Shown: one piece after another, positions 11,339-24,899 of the stretch
Position numbering within the stretch: position 1 is the stretch's first letter
Layout: every line of letters begins with the position of its first letter
Source: Massalongia carnosa
Lineage: Eukaryota
Length of the DNA: 64,000 bases
NCBI GenBank assembly: GCA_965645245.1
Contig: OZ287079.1
Coordinates: forward strand, 744,001-808,000
Direction: 5' to 3'
Program-made: the position numbers and the translations under genes
The notes under the pieces: model-generated
What the model saw: only the letters and a program-made list of their open reading frames with translations
Told to the model about the DNA's origin: nothing
Database searches by the model: none

Positions 11339-14300
11339 TCATCCCACTCTCAACTCCCGCAGTTTTTCCTCCAACGCCGCGATCCTCTCGCTTCCTGCCC
11401 ACCCCTCCTTCGCTCTCCCCAGCACCGCACGGATTGCACTCCTCGACTTAAATCGCCACTCCTTACATACCAGCTCCCCGGCCCCCATGCCGCCCTCGCG
11501 CCTCCTCTCGCCCAGACTCTCATATGCGTCCGCCAAGTCCACAGTTGCGTCCACGACGTCCTTCCACTTGGCTTCGGCGTCGTGGGTGCCGCTTTCCCAG
11601 CCGGGATGGTTTAGAGTGACGCGCCAGGCTTTCTCGAAGGCGCCGAGGGTGGCGAAGGGGTGGTTGGCCTGCAGGGAGAGCTTGGCGGTTAGGAGCCAGA
11701 GGCGGCGGGAGGTGGTGATGAGGGGGGTAATGCGCTTTTGCACCAGGTCTGTGAGCATTTTGCCGAAGCCGGGTTTTCGGGAAGGAGGGGTGGTGTGTGC
11801 TCGGGTGTCGGTCTCGTTGGGGGGTTCGGAGCTGTTGGGAGGGGATTCCGGGACGCTTGAGGAGGGTGGTGCGGGCGGAGAGGAAGAGTCAATGAAATGC
11901 GCGACGAGGCGCTCAAGGACGTCAACTTCGATGCATTTTTCGCCTTCGATGTTGCCGAGGAGGTCGATCAGCCGAGTTTGAGCAATGATAATGTCGGTGT
12001 AGGGGGGGGGGGAGAGCTTCACCGCCACGGTGAGAAGGTTCTGCCAGATACGGTAAGATTCTCGTTTGAGCACCGCGGCGCGTTTGAGTGCCACGAACGC
12101 TTCTTGTATATGCTTCTGAGGATTTGATGTTGACGGATTAGTTTCATCGTCGTCTTCAAGGCCGTTGCTGTCGTGTGGGGTGTTTGGGGCTAAGGGGGCG
12201 GAAAGAGGTTTCTCGGGCGGAAGCCTTAACAGAGCAGCGGCCAAGTTACTCCAGGACTCGGCATCCTTCTCTTCGATCTGGATTGCTCTTCCATAGGCGT
12301 CGACGGCACCCATCCAGTCCTCTAATTGCAGCCTTACAGAACCAAGCGCAAACCAAGCGCTATGGTTTTGCGGGCTTGTTCTCAGCGATTTTGCATAAGC
12401 TTCTTCCGCTTTAGGCAGGCTACGAGTTGCCAGATAATGCCGTCCTAGCGATCGTTGCGCCCGTGCATAACGGTGGTTCGAAATCTCCCAAGCACGCTCG
12501 TAAGCTTGTGGAGACTTTTCCATATCGCCGAGGATACAGAAGAGTCGAGGAGCATCAGCGGGAAGAGGCTTATGTTCTGAGAGTACCATTAGCTGAATCA
12601 TGCTATATGGACAACGGCACCAGAAAATCCCATCGATGCAAGTCTTGCAACGCTGTGGAGAAATGCAACAAAGATAATAATACTAAAGACAAATGTACTT
12701 ACCCGTAGGAGTACTATTGTGAGACATGGAACAAGCATTGTAAAGCTGATTGTGAATGACCTTACGTGCCTCATCCTCTCTATCGCAAGCGGCCCAGCAT
12801 AGAGCAACTTCAGCCCACATCTGCAGCCGTTTGTAGATCTCGAGCGCGGTCCGCAGTCCACCAAGCGTAACCCAACGATCTGCGAGCTCAGCTTCAAGCT
12901 GCCATCGAGTTGGTGACCCAAGTTGGTGTATATAAAGAAGACGCTCTGTGACTGGGGCTGACTCTGAAGCCTTTGGTTTGGGAAGGAAAGTAGTCGAGGC
13001 TGGTTCATCTACTTCAGGAGCCAAATCTATTGTGGGGGGGATAAAGGTTGCTGATGCCGTATCTGCAATGACCTGGTCAACAACGGTTTGAAGCTGTAGT
13101 ACGCCCCTCTCAACCGTTCTTGATCTGTATCCTTCAATCCGACTGCGAACAAGCAGCGCTTGTGTGTACACTTGCCAATTTGTGCTGCCCCCCGTCAAAA
13201 CGCGAGTGGCATAAGGCAAGGTTTCTTCCCGGGTGAGTCCGTCTTGGGGTGAAGTGTTGGTAATTGATGAAGCAACAGCAAGCAGAATGATAGCGTCCAA
13301 CGGTTGAAGCGTAGGTTGGTTTGCAGGATCTAACGCCTTAAGAGCTGGCGATATATTATCCTCATCTTGAATAGCTGACGGTGGCTCCTTGGAGAAGGAA
13401 ATCTGTTCAAGCAAAGTGTCATCATTGAGGTCCAAATTAAGAGGCTTTGAAGCATCTTTTGCCTCTTCGTCATCAATGTTCCTATTTAAATCATCTAGGT
13501 TCGTTACGTACGATGAGCCGTTCTGGTGTATATATTCTGTTCCGCTCTTTGCCAGTACGACCAACTGGCTCAGCTCGTTTTGTTGAAACTTCGTTCTTTT
13601 GCCTAATCTACCGGTCAGAGCAAACTCCAGATGGGTTTGCCTAGCAGCATTCTCGAGGTCTTTTCTCGCTTTGACGTCGAATCCATAATGAGTATGTATC
13701 GTCGCTCGTTCTACGAGAAAGAATGCCTTGATCTTAGAGCTTTCATTGAAAATGCTCCGCTCAAGTGCCGCTAGATCCTCATATATACTTTTTTGCAAGC
13801 TGTCAACGTTCCCGTTCAGCATGCGTTGATGCCAAAAATTCACTCTAAGCCTTCCCCATATGTAGAGTGTATCTTTCCCTACAATGGCTTCATGATTCAA
13901 CAAGCACTTTGCTAGGCAGAATAGTTCAACCCTAGGCGTCAATTGATACACCGTCTCTCCATCCACAGACAAATCTAAAGTTAGTTTCTTCTCAAGCCTT
14001 TCTGTTCGGCTCGGGTCATCATGTACCTCTGGGGGGAAGACAACTCGACTAGAGATCCATGAGAGTGGCGGACCCGTCACATTAGACTGGAGAAAGGCTT
14101 GGAAAGCTGCGATCCCGATTGAGAAGAGATCCGCTCGAAATGACGAGATGGAGCTTCCCTTCGAATGATCTAATAAATAGCTTACTCGGCATGATAGAAA
14201 GTTGTTCCAATCATCCTTGCAGCCTTGCAGCGAGATTGGATCAATGTTGTGGTTTTTCTCCTGATCAAGCAAAACTCTAGCTAGTGACGAATTCAAAACC

Positions 14301-14368
14301 GAGTAAAAGTCTCCCTTCTCCAAGTCCTGCTCAAATGACGCGCTAGGCGCATCAGGTTGCAGAGCCAT
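11339..14368 (-). CDS. EMW1: TPR protein of the EMW1/TTC27 family, 2 exons
   Basis: FLQSNVTGP, LTGRLGKRTKFQ, LNDDTLLE, NWQVYTQALLVRSRIE, and TPR repeats. Intron 12702-12577. Confidence 0.88.
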
Positions 14369-15031
14369 AGCTATCTCTAAAGGCTGAGGCTGTAACCTTT
14401 CTTTTCCATATCGTCTAGAAGTAAATCTTTTCAAAAATCCCCAAATCAAATACTCTTCAATCTTGAGAGAATCATTCTTGTCGGAGCTCGAACAATCAAA
14501 ATCAGCGGATTGAAAAACTTCCTCGTTTCTAATATTGTCACGTGAACGTGAATCAAACCTACAGCTTTGCACGTGATATGTGAGCCACCAAATGTGATTT
14601 GCTTTCGCGAGGGTTTAGACTTAAATTCGAGTGGTCCGGGAACAGAGTCAGCTGCTTCACCACAACACGATTCAGAGCAAGAGCGGTAACTCTTTTTACG
14701 AAAGCATTTCAATAATCTATCCTCTATGTAACAGGTTATGGGAATCGAGTCTTTGGAAATTTCCGCATAATGTGACCTCCCCCTGGCCAAACGCCACCGC
14801 AAGGACCTATCAGTTCCTCAAAGCCACCAGAAGGATAAGTAAGATAAGCGCTCGAAGCGCAAAGCCATGTCTGATGATATGCATCAATCGTTTTCGTTGT
14901 GGTATTCCTTCCCTTCTCCCCGGCGTTTATTTTCACATAACAAAAGGAGTTCAAAAAGATGACTCCGTGGCGTCAACAACAATTAATAAGGAAGAAATGC
15001 CTTTGGATGGCTTCCGGATGAAAATTTTCGT

Positions 15032-18000
15032 TTATTCTTCGTCTGTAAAAACCTCTCTGTTGGAATGTCAATGAAGTTTTAAATGCAGCCGAGATAAAAT
15101 GAACTTACTCTCCACGCTTGCGGCGTGCCATTCTATCCTTCTTCTTCTTTCGTAGTTCGGCAGAGGTAAGCTCTACAACGACTTGTTAGCAAGATTCGGA
15201 AGTTCCGAACGAGATGTGCTCACTCTTCTGCTTCTTGTTACCGTCGATCTTGTTACCCATAGCATCGAATCGCTCCTCTTCATCATCCTTGTCGGTAAGA
15301 CGTGGACCAGCACCTTGACCTTGAACCCAGTTATGGCCCGAGGGCGTCATTTTACCGTCCATGACGGCCCAGACTTCCTCAGTCAGGTTTTGCGTAAATT
15401 CAGCAGAGTGAGTAATAATGATAACACCACCCTCGAACGCCTTCAGAGCCTTAGACAGTGCGCCAAGCGAGTCGCGATCAAGATAATTGGTAGGTTCATC
15501 AAGAACAATAAGATGGGGTCGTTGCCATGAGCAAGCAGCAAGAACAACCTTGACACGCTGACCTCCAGAAAGCCCTCGCATGCGAGAATGAGACACTAGC
15601 TCCGCATCAAGACCAAAATGGGCACAATGCTGTTCGATTTCCTTACGAACCAATGGACGGAATTGGCCGCTAGCAAGAGCCTCCTTTTGATCAACTTCGG
15701 CGACCATTTTGGAGTGGGATGATAGGATCTCAGTACGAGGAATCCAGGCGTTATCGGCAGACATCATGGGTATCCACTTCTCGTTCTTTTGGCCAACGTT
15801 TTCACCGAGCAAAAACGAACACTCATACTCATACGAGTTCTTGAACTTTCGTCGCGAGCTGATGCTAATGACTCGTCGTTGAGTACCATCAATCTTGTAG
15901 ATCTTGTCCATGGCCTTTTCATCCTCGTCGGTTACGATCTTGTTAGCACGGTCCATTGTTTCGCGATCCTCACCGGTTTGAAATCGCCATTGAATATATT
16001 CCGAAGGAGTAAGGTCTAGGTGGTGATCAATGTGAGCAAAAGCATGTTGCTTGATGTACGCAATACGGATATTCTCATGAGTGTAGACATCTCCAGTAGT
16101 AGGGATGAGTTCTCCGGTAAGTACGTTGATAAGAGTGGACTTGCCGGCACCGTTGGGACCGATAACAGCAATACGAGATCCAAGCGAGCACTGGAACGTA
16201 ATGTCGGAGATCTGAGGTTTCGATGTTCCTGGATACTGGAAGGTCATGTTATTAACACGAACAATGGCCTTAGCCTTGGTCTTCACACCCTCGAGGAAGC
16301 CAGGCTCAGGAAATTTGAATTCCATCTCGGATGCGCTGAGCTCATAGTATGATTTTGCTGTAGGGCACCTCTTCACAAACTCAGTCAGATTACCGCGATA
16401 TCGTCGCAGCTTGAAGCGCTCGTAATGAATGACGTGCTGAAGAACATTGTTGAGGAATTTGCTGTCGTGAGAAACAATAATGGATGTGCAAGGTGATTCA
16501 ATAAGGTACTTCTCAAGCCAAAGAACGTTCTTGACATCCAGATGGTTAGTAGGCTCATCAAGTAATAGAATATCTGGGTCCTCAAAAACAGCACGAGCAA
16601 GAGCAAGCTTCATCTTCCAGCCTCCAGAGAGCGATGTAATGGGACCTTCAAACTGCTCCTGGAGAAAGCCGAACTCGAGCAGCTTGGCCTCAATAGCAGA
16701 TTTCTCAATAGTAATTCCGACATCTTCAAGCTTCTTTTGGGTCCATCCGATAACAGTTTGTTCGGTATCGGCGGAATCGAGATCGTGCTCAACAAATACA
16801 GTCTTCACCTCATCCTTCTTAGGGAAGCCCTCGACTTGTTCGTTATTGATAGCGCGCATAAGGGTAGATTTGCCAGATCCATTAGGACCGAGCAGACCAT
16901 AACGCTGACCACGCTTAAGGCGCAGGTGAGTCTGGTTAAGTAGGATCTTTGCACCATAAGCTAGATTGAAGGTGCAGTTACAAAGGTCTTCTCCCTCTTC
17001 GTCATCTTCGTCGGACTCAGCCTCATCCTCAGCGCCCGGAGAAGCTCGCTTGCGGAGAGCATCTGCAATGGGTTTTGAGTCGGCGTCGCCAACAATAGCG
17101 GTGATATAAGGAAGGGTGTTTTCGGTCCAGCTGGTGGAGTCGTTTTCCTTCTCATCGATGAGCTGACCAGCTATAGCAGAGATGTACTCAATGACAGGTT
17201 CAAATTTTGCAATGGCGTCCTTGTGCGATGGAGTGAAAACTTGCTTTAGAATAGCGGCAACAGTAGAGATATCTCCTGCATGGGAGACCTCGGGGATCTT
17301 GCCATCTTTGACAGCACCAACCCGGACAAGAGTATCGAGGCCTTGCTTGGTCTTTTCACGAGCCTCAGGATCCGCCAAATTGTCATAATTCTTTTGTAGA
17401 GCTGGCATAAGCTTAGGTAAGAAGGCCGCCACAATCTGAGGATCTTCTACCAGTTTGCACATGTTGTCCACAATGACGGCGGCTTTTCGCTTCACCGCTG
17501 TCTCACGTTCGGCAAGACCACGATCAAGAAGAGGAACCATAATAGCAAGCGTAGGCTCATGGACGTCAGTGACGAAAGTAGTAGCACCGAGAAGATGTAT
17601 AGTCTCAGGGACATTCTCAGGCTTTGCAATACATTTAATGAGTTCTGGAATAAAGCGATCAATATCTTTGTTGACGATCAGATTGCAAACTTTCTCCATT
17701 GTACCATAAGCAGCTTTCTTGACCTCAGGTTTGGTATCCCACATTGACTCGGAGACAACCGGAATAAGGTCTGGTACACGGAGCGCGAGTTGTGAAGGTG
17801 CACTCTCAACGAGTGCTTCAATACACATAAGCCCTGTCATCTTCTCCGGCCATTTTTGTGCGGTGAGGATTGATTTGACGATGGGTGGCAGAACCGACTT
17901 GACAGCATTTGGATTGATAGCCTTAACAATAGCGATTGCTGCTGCTTGAGCAGCAGTTTTCACCGAGGTTATCTTATCCCCAACAGCAGCCAGGGTGGGT

Positions 18001-18450
18001 GCAAGCAAAACGACAAGATATGGCTCAACAGCTGGTGAAACAGACGAGTGCTGGGCAATGGCCTGAATGGTATGGAGACCGCGCTCTCGTGTACTTGCAT
18101 CCTTTTTGTTTGCAAGCTGCTTCTTCAGATGCTCAACAGCCCTGAGTGTTGTTAGCGGGAATCAGCTAAAGTTCGGATTAACACTTTTCGCGACCATGGC
18201 ACAATGCCACAGCCGCGAAGCAATAGGGGTAGAAAAAGCTCTGCACTTACTTTGTAGGTGCATCGTGCTCTTCAATGTCGCCGTTGATGAAAGTCGCGAT
18301 GTTGCCAGCAGCAGCGCTCGTCTCAGCAGCAGTTTTTGAAATACTTAGTTTGCCTAGAAGCTCATCAAGAACCTTGACTGATTTCTGGTTTTCGGATTTA
18401 GTGTTAGCGGTGTTCGAGGGAACAGACTCCATGACGTCGAGCGATGGCAT
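15032..18450 (-). CDS. YEF3: Translation elongation factor 3 (eEF3)
   Basis: HEAT region ([15 protein letters not shown]), two ABC domains ([27 protein letters not shown]), chromo-like insert, and basic tail ending EVFTDEE*. Introns near 18250-18143, 15223-15173 and 15107-15057. Confidence 0.97.
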
Positions 18451-19709
18451 GATGCTAGATTTGGAGGTATTTTGAATGGTAAAGGAAGGTTTTCTAGTGG
18501 GTTACTGTGGTTGTGGAGATGACGTTTTGGCTCAGATGAAACCGAGAGGTATTGCTGAAAAAAGTGAAAAGCCCAGGAGAATCTTATAAGGCAAGCCCAC
18601 ACTCTATTTGGATGATCTATTGCGATCAAGTTGAAATCGACTTGACTTCAGAACCTCTGTGAAGAGAAAGACAAATAACCGGTCTTTGGAGAGTATGAAA
18701 AAGAGAAGATGGATGAAATAGAGAAGTAAGTGATGGTGGCTGGCGGCGGTTTTATGAAATTTCGTTGTGGGCGTGTCCGGGCGAAAAATTTCTGTCAAGC
18801 TCAACACATATTTGGTTTAGCGTTGCTTAGTGTTGGGTACATTTTCCCCTTTCACTAGCTCATCAAGCAATATTCTTGCATCGGCCTCTATGACTTCTCA
18901 CCGCCATCAATTTCATTCAGCCCTGATAGGGGATGGTCTTGACTTATCCTGTCTACCTTTCTAATCACCCCTATATTCTCCCCCTTTCTCGCATGATGCT
19001 TATGTTCTTTCTCACTACTATTCCACCATATCACAAAAACACTCCTTATATTTACCGAGTAGAGTCCCTACAGAAGTTCTTCCTGCAGCATCTTTTCTAT
19101 CTAGTGGCAGAATGCAGACAGAAATGCCCAGCCCTGCGCTTTTCCCGGTGTTGCATGCTTGTCGGCTGTTCCATATAATCTGTAACGGGCCATCAACCCA
19201 TCATTGACATTGCATAGCCCGTGCTTTTCTATTTTGAGAGTCGACGCGTCCATGCAAAAAGAAGACAAGGTACATGTACTATGTACCTGTAAAAGAAAAC
19301 CTTCCCATCCAATCAAATCCGCCACGTTTCCATTAATAATCGTGCTGACCCAACCAACACCCCATCACATCTTCTGGAATCCTTCGGTCATTCACCGTTG
19401 CTATTGTCATCACTCTGTTCTTGAGTCTTTGAAATTCTCTCCGCAAAATTGTTCCCCCAGATTCAAACTAACCCACACTATCTAGATGGAGTGGTTCTGA
19501 CGGTGAGATCTCAATTGTAACCTACCTAGGTAATTGTGTTGCTCATACAATCCGATGAATTTCTCATTGACACCAATGCCCTGAAGAAATTTGATGGTAC
19601 GGCGTGAACATTATATGATAATTTATGCAACCCGTGCAACAATAGCCTTTCAAATCGAGTCTGTAACCGTACATCACTTTACGTGCTCCTGGAAGACCTA
19701 TCTTCACCC

Positions 19710-20838
19710 TCAGATCATTCTTAGCCCAACGCTCATCTCTCTCTTCACCCGACGCCTATATGCCTCCCGGAACCGAATGCGATCCACCGTGCCTGCCCCA
19801 ACTACGGCCACAAACAGAAAAGCCCATACACTAGTGATTATAAAACCCACAGGAAAAATCCCTAACGTCCTCCCTGGCATTACGAAGTGCGGTGCCTGCG
19901 CCGGTGCTCTTGAGGGCGGCGTTGGTGTAGGGCTCGTGGTAGAGGTCTTTGTATTGACATCAGCGAATACACCGCTAACGAATGATGTGTTGTTAGGCGA
20001 AATCTTCGTGGTAATAGGGTTGCCTTCTTTTGACGTTCCAGAGAGAGCAATGGTGGGAACTAAGAGGGAGCGGGCGGAAAGGCTGTAGGCGACGTCGATT
20101 AGCATACTGGAAGACAACCGTGTAGAAATTCAATAAGGAAAAGCTAAGAGCTTACTAGTCATTAACCTCTCCCATCTGGTTCTCATGTATCTTGCCAACA
20201 AAGGTTAAATCTTGAAGCATCTTTGGTGACGGGATGATAGATCGCTTCATCGTGATGGTTTGGCTTCTAGCGGCTCGTATGGGCGGTAATTTCTCATGTC
20301 TCTTTCCCTTGACAGATTTACCTACTGCAAGAGAAGCTCCGCTGCAAGAAATGCCTATGCTCAATCCATTTGCGTCCAAAGCAGCCCAGTCTCCAATTGC
20401 CGGAGCCATCCTGTATAATCTTAGACTTGCTTGGAAGGACCCGGTAGAATTATTGAAATAGCGAATATTGTAGCAGGCAGCCATGCCAGAAGGATTCGTC
20501 TGAGAGTCGTTTATTTTCGAGAAAGCGTCTTGACATGCTGCTTCCGTTTCGGTGTTCCATTTGTTGGCATCGATCGGTGCTGCAGGTTCGGTCGGTTTTG
20601 GTGCAACTTGAGCAGCTAGAGCTACAGGAGTTGAAGGAATGACGTTGCGTTGGTGGTAGAGCTCATGATTCAAAATGTTGTGAGCATCTCGACGGACTTT
20701 CTGGTCGATATATGCTTTATAGCGGTAGGCTTTGGAGACATCAATGATAGGCTTGGCAAAGATCCGACCGAGACCTTGAACGGAGAGAACTTGCTCTGCG
20801 AAGAGGAGCACTGCCGCAATGGCAATAGAAAACCGCAT
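19710..20838 (-). CDS. Fungal hypothetical protein with signal peptide and a C-terminal TM helix, 2 exons
   Basis: N-terminal MRFSIAIAAVLL, NPSGMAACYN, and C-terminal PGRTLGIFPVG..TM..GTVDRIRFR. Confidence 0.7.
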
Positions 20839-22053
20839 GTCTCCAGGACTTGGGGTTGATTATGTCCAGGTATTAGTGCGGTGAGACCTTGCTTCGATGG
20901 CTTGATGTTGAGTAGGCATGAAAGTGGTTTTTGGAGAAGCACAACTGTCCAGCAGCGAAGATGTTGACCGGGGGTTAAACAGTCGTTCCTGCCGTATATG
21001 AATTGGAAAATGCCGAACGATGGGATATCTTCACCAAATCAAGGTCACCAAACTCCAGAAAATGCTCCAAAAAGATAATAAACAAGCACTCGACCTGCGA
21101 GTACTGATGAAAATCACGCTATGGAATGAGAATGAGAGGAGGGGAAGATGCAGCTTTAGATAGCTACATAGGAGAATTATGGCATAAGCGCTTGGCAAAT
21201 TCCTCCTGGCATTCAGAAACTCAACGTCTCAAAGCGAACCACAAGCAAAGTCCAGGTAGCGATGCATTATGGCTGTGGGAACTCACGAAGCAGTTATGAG
21301 ACGGCTACGGTGCGGGGTTGAAGGATGGCTGAATTAGGCAAGGAACTGGTCCGTGACAAATCACGGATGGCGGGCGGCTCTGCGGAAATGACGCAGCGCC
21401 ACTTGGTCGAATCTTTATGGTGGAAAGGCATGATCCAAATATGGGACTGAGGCGTTCGGCAGGACGACGGGTTCTGATTGCTTCATGCAAATGGCATCAG
21501 GCGTTAACGGAAGGGAGGAGGTCTGAGGCAGGCGTGGTCTCATCTCTGTGGCTTGGCTGGACGGAGCTTGCGCGCGTAATTAACTTACTTTTAGCGTGTC
21601 TTAAAATTATACGCAAATCATGCGGCAGGGAACACGGATTCTTCGCAGATTCTGATACTGTTACAAGGTTACCTTGATAGTTAGTACGATACCGGAAATA
21701 CCCTAGCTCAAACCCTCGATCTTAAAAAATCTAGATCATACCTACCTTAAACCTCGAACAATCACATAGTCAAAGCTGTAATGTTGCTCAAGGGAAAGGT
21801 AAGTACCTAATCGTTGAGTCCCTCGGTCGTAAAATCTTTTTTCCTACCGAGGTAAGCATATTCAAGCCGCAAATAAAACCATCAGACTCGCCAAGACCAT
21901 TTTAAAGTGTCGCACCAGTCGTAACGGTGCGCCCAGAAATGCTAGGAGATGTCGCCATATCATGCAAACCCTAATGATTATTCCTCACGCTTCCTCAACG
22001 TCCCCTTAACCAAACCAAGTACAGCTTCCCCGATACTGTTGAAAGTTGCCAAA

Positions 22054-24258
22054 TTATCTTGAAGGACCGCCCACAAGCTTTCCAGAATATAATCCAGCGA
22101 AATCAAGTTGCGCCAGCTGGCCCTGTACATGGTCGATCTCCTTCCCCAACTCTTCCACATTTTGAGCGAGACTGCTGACCTCGTCGAACTTCCTTCGCTT
22201 GTTGGCGTCTGCAATCTGCTCTTTAACGAGAAATGATTGCTCCTCGAGCACGATCAGCCTTTCACGCAATGATTTCTCCTCGGCTTCAAGGGCCGACACC
22301 GCGCTACTGCTGCTGGCTTGAGATGTGGTGTCAACATCATTGTATTTGATAGATGCAAGCGCGCCGTTGGGCCGATCGTTCGAGTTCAGCCGCCCGCTTG
22401 AGCCCATACCGTAAGCCGAAGCATGCTTCATGATCTTAGGAAGGGCCTTAAGGGGTAGCATGTGAATATGCAGGAAATTGGTCGCTTGTTGGAAAACCGC
22501 TTTCTGAAGCTTTTGCTGAGTCGGTGACGTGGTGGGAAGGTCGCGCAATCGGCGAGCCGCAACGTTGTATTGAGCAAAGGAGTCCATAAGCCTTTTGCGA
22601 ACCCTTGAAGCATCCGCAAGCTGCGATTGTGAAGGAGCTTGGTTAGGATCCCTGGGAATAAGTTAATGTAACGAATCGTGATAATTTGCTAAAATACTGA
22701 CTGGAGCGCCATGAGCAGGCGTTGAAACTTTGGTAGCATCAGCCTTATCCCTCTTTCAAACTGAATCAAAATTTCATAGGCTCGAACATCGGACGGCCTT
22801 AATGTAAGCTCTGAAGTAAAGTCGCGTCTGCTGAAAACCGTATTCCTACAGCTGCGGCACATTCTCACATCGACGCTGACTTCTGTAGGAGCCTTCTCTG
22901 TCATGCGGTCAGTCACTTGAAGAAGTCAGCCCCTAATGATCGGAAACTTGAAAGCCCACATACTGGCAGCAACATTCAAGCCAACTTCTTTCGAACAGTC
23001 TGTAAATGGATCTCCACATACAACCCGCCCACAAACCCTACAGTGATGCCTTCGGAAAGTATAGCTAGAGAATTCTTGTTGACAGAACGGACAACGCGGA
23101 ACGCTGGCATCTTCCTCCCACGTTACAACTGATTGCTCCAGAGTCTTCCTGTTGTTTTTGCCTCCTGAAAGCTGCCAAAGTAGTCCACCACCATTAGGGT
23201 TTGTTTCCTGGGGAGTATTGGCCAAGAGTTGTGTAAGCTTTGTCAATCGTTTCTCTAGCCGAGAAACCTCTAGTAACGTCTGATCAACAGTCTTCCTACG
23301 AAATTGAGCAAAATCGATAGTATGATCTCGCTCCAAGCCTGTTAAGCCTTAGTGTCATGCTGAAGAGAGTCCGATAGTGTCAAGCCTCACCGTTGCGGTC
23401 CATATAACCTTCCCGTGACTTGTAGCATGTCTCACAGACTCGGCACCAAAGTCCTCTTACTGGTTCGTGCTGAGCAGACCTCGAAAGCTTCATCTGGTAC
23501 ATTGTATGTTCATCACAGAATAATCTCCCACACTTGCGACAATTGATTTTCCCGTTTGTTGGTGTAAGCCGCTTCCCACAAGTTGGTTCGGAGCATTCGT
23601 CGTTCGGCATCTGTCGCTGCCAATGTTCCCTAGTAATTACCTCATCTGGATCGGGCTGTACAAGCTCTGGGGTGAATGTAGCCACCGGCCGTCCTGGCGA
23701 ACGGGGAGCATCATTAGATTCGAAGACATCAAGGCTCTTGAACTTCTGATTGAGGACCGCCAATGGTTGGAACCGCTTAGCCTTAACCATCTGGCTCTTG
23801 AACCAGTCTTTGACTTCATCTTGTTTCAACTCTTCAAGATATTTGTGGTTATCGTCGAGGTGTCTAGGCAAAGATGAGCTCAGCCATTGGCAGCGGATGC
23901 AGATAGGTTACCTATTTAGTTGTAGCAGAGTCACCTACTCCATGTCAGCACCAAGCATCGCCAAGGGTTGGGGCGATTTGACCATCTCCTCATTACATAT
24001 TGGGCAGACGAGCGTTGTCCCTGCTGCAGCCACAGCCACGGCCAGATTACTCTCATCGCTTTGATCTAGGGAAACTCTAGAGCTAAAATCCTGGGCAGCC
24101 GTTGATTGCTGCGATATAGAAGTAGAGGAATCGACCGATATTGAGCTTGCTGAGGGGGAAAGCAGGCTCGAGTTTCGCGGAGGAAAAGATATGACACTAG
24201 AAGACAATGATCTTCCACTACCAAGTACTCTACCTCCTCCAAGCTTCCTTGATGCCAT
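22054..24258 (-). CDS. PEP7: Vacuolar segregation protein Pep7/Vac1 (rabenosyn-like: C2H2, two FYVE-type fingers, Rab-binding coil)
   Basis: CPICNEEM, NCRKCGRLFC, RRHHCRVCGRVVC, and a coiled-coil C-terminus LEEQ.F.V...RRKFDE. Confidence 0.9.
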
Positions 24259-24899
24259 CTTGCTTAACTGCGGGAAGCTTCATGGGATTAACAAGGCTAC
24301 CTAGAATTCGGGTCAGAATTTGCCACAGAAGCCTTTAAAGCGACTTTGGATTCGTCAGAAATTTCTGCAGAATAACTTGAGTAAAGGCATTTTGTTTTTT
24401 TGCATGACCATCAAATTTTCAATTTAATATAGTGGACTTGGTTTGTAGATATTTTAGAATCAATATATTATCAATAACGATTCTTGTATGTACTTTACGT
24501 TCAATTACGAGCTTATAACAGGAGAAAGCAAACGTAGCAAGATTACTATAAGACATCCAAACTCTCACATAAGATTTATATCTCAATCTATAGAGCGAAG
24601 CCGGCCAGTTTCATTAGTAAGGGATTTACGCCACATGAAATCTTCAGGGGTTAATAGAATAACTGCTCCGTCGACAGCTACCAAGCCCAAGACAGTAAAG
24701 CTTGCAAGGCATTATTCTAGCATTATGCTTTTCAGGGCTCACCGATTACTATAGTTTAATTTTGCTGCAAGGTTCAGCAAGAGACCGCCTAATGCAAGTA
24801 TGTTCGTGGTCGAATGAGCTTGCAATCAGTAAGTAAACAAGACCAAGCAATCCTTGATTAAGAAAGGAGTTTATAAATTAGGTTTATGGTCCGATGGAT

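Noticed and set aside
11277..11981. Long + strand ORFs here, and similar ones opposite eEF3, HST3 and the GNAT
   Set aside because: They are antisense shadows of well-supported genes with no motifs of their own.
14369..14572. 68-aa N-terminal extension of the EMW1 ORF
   Set aside because: It begins at a non-ATG codon. The first in-frame ATG is at 14368, and the region looks like promoter (two CACGTG sites).
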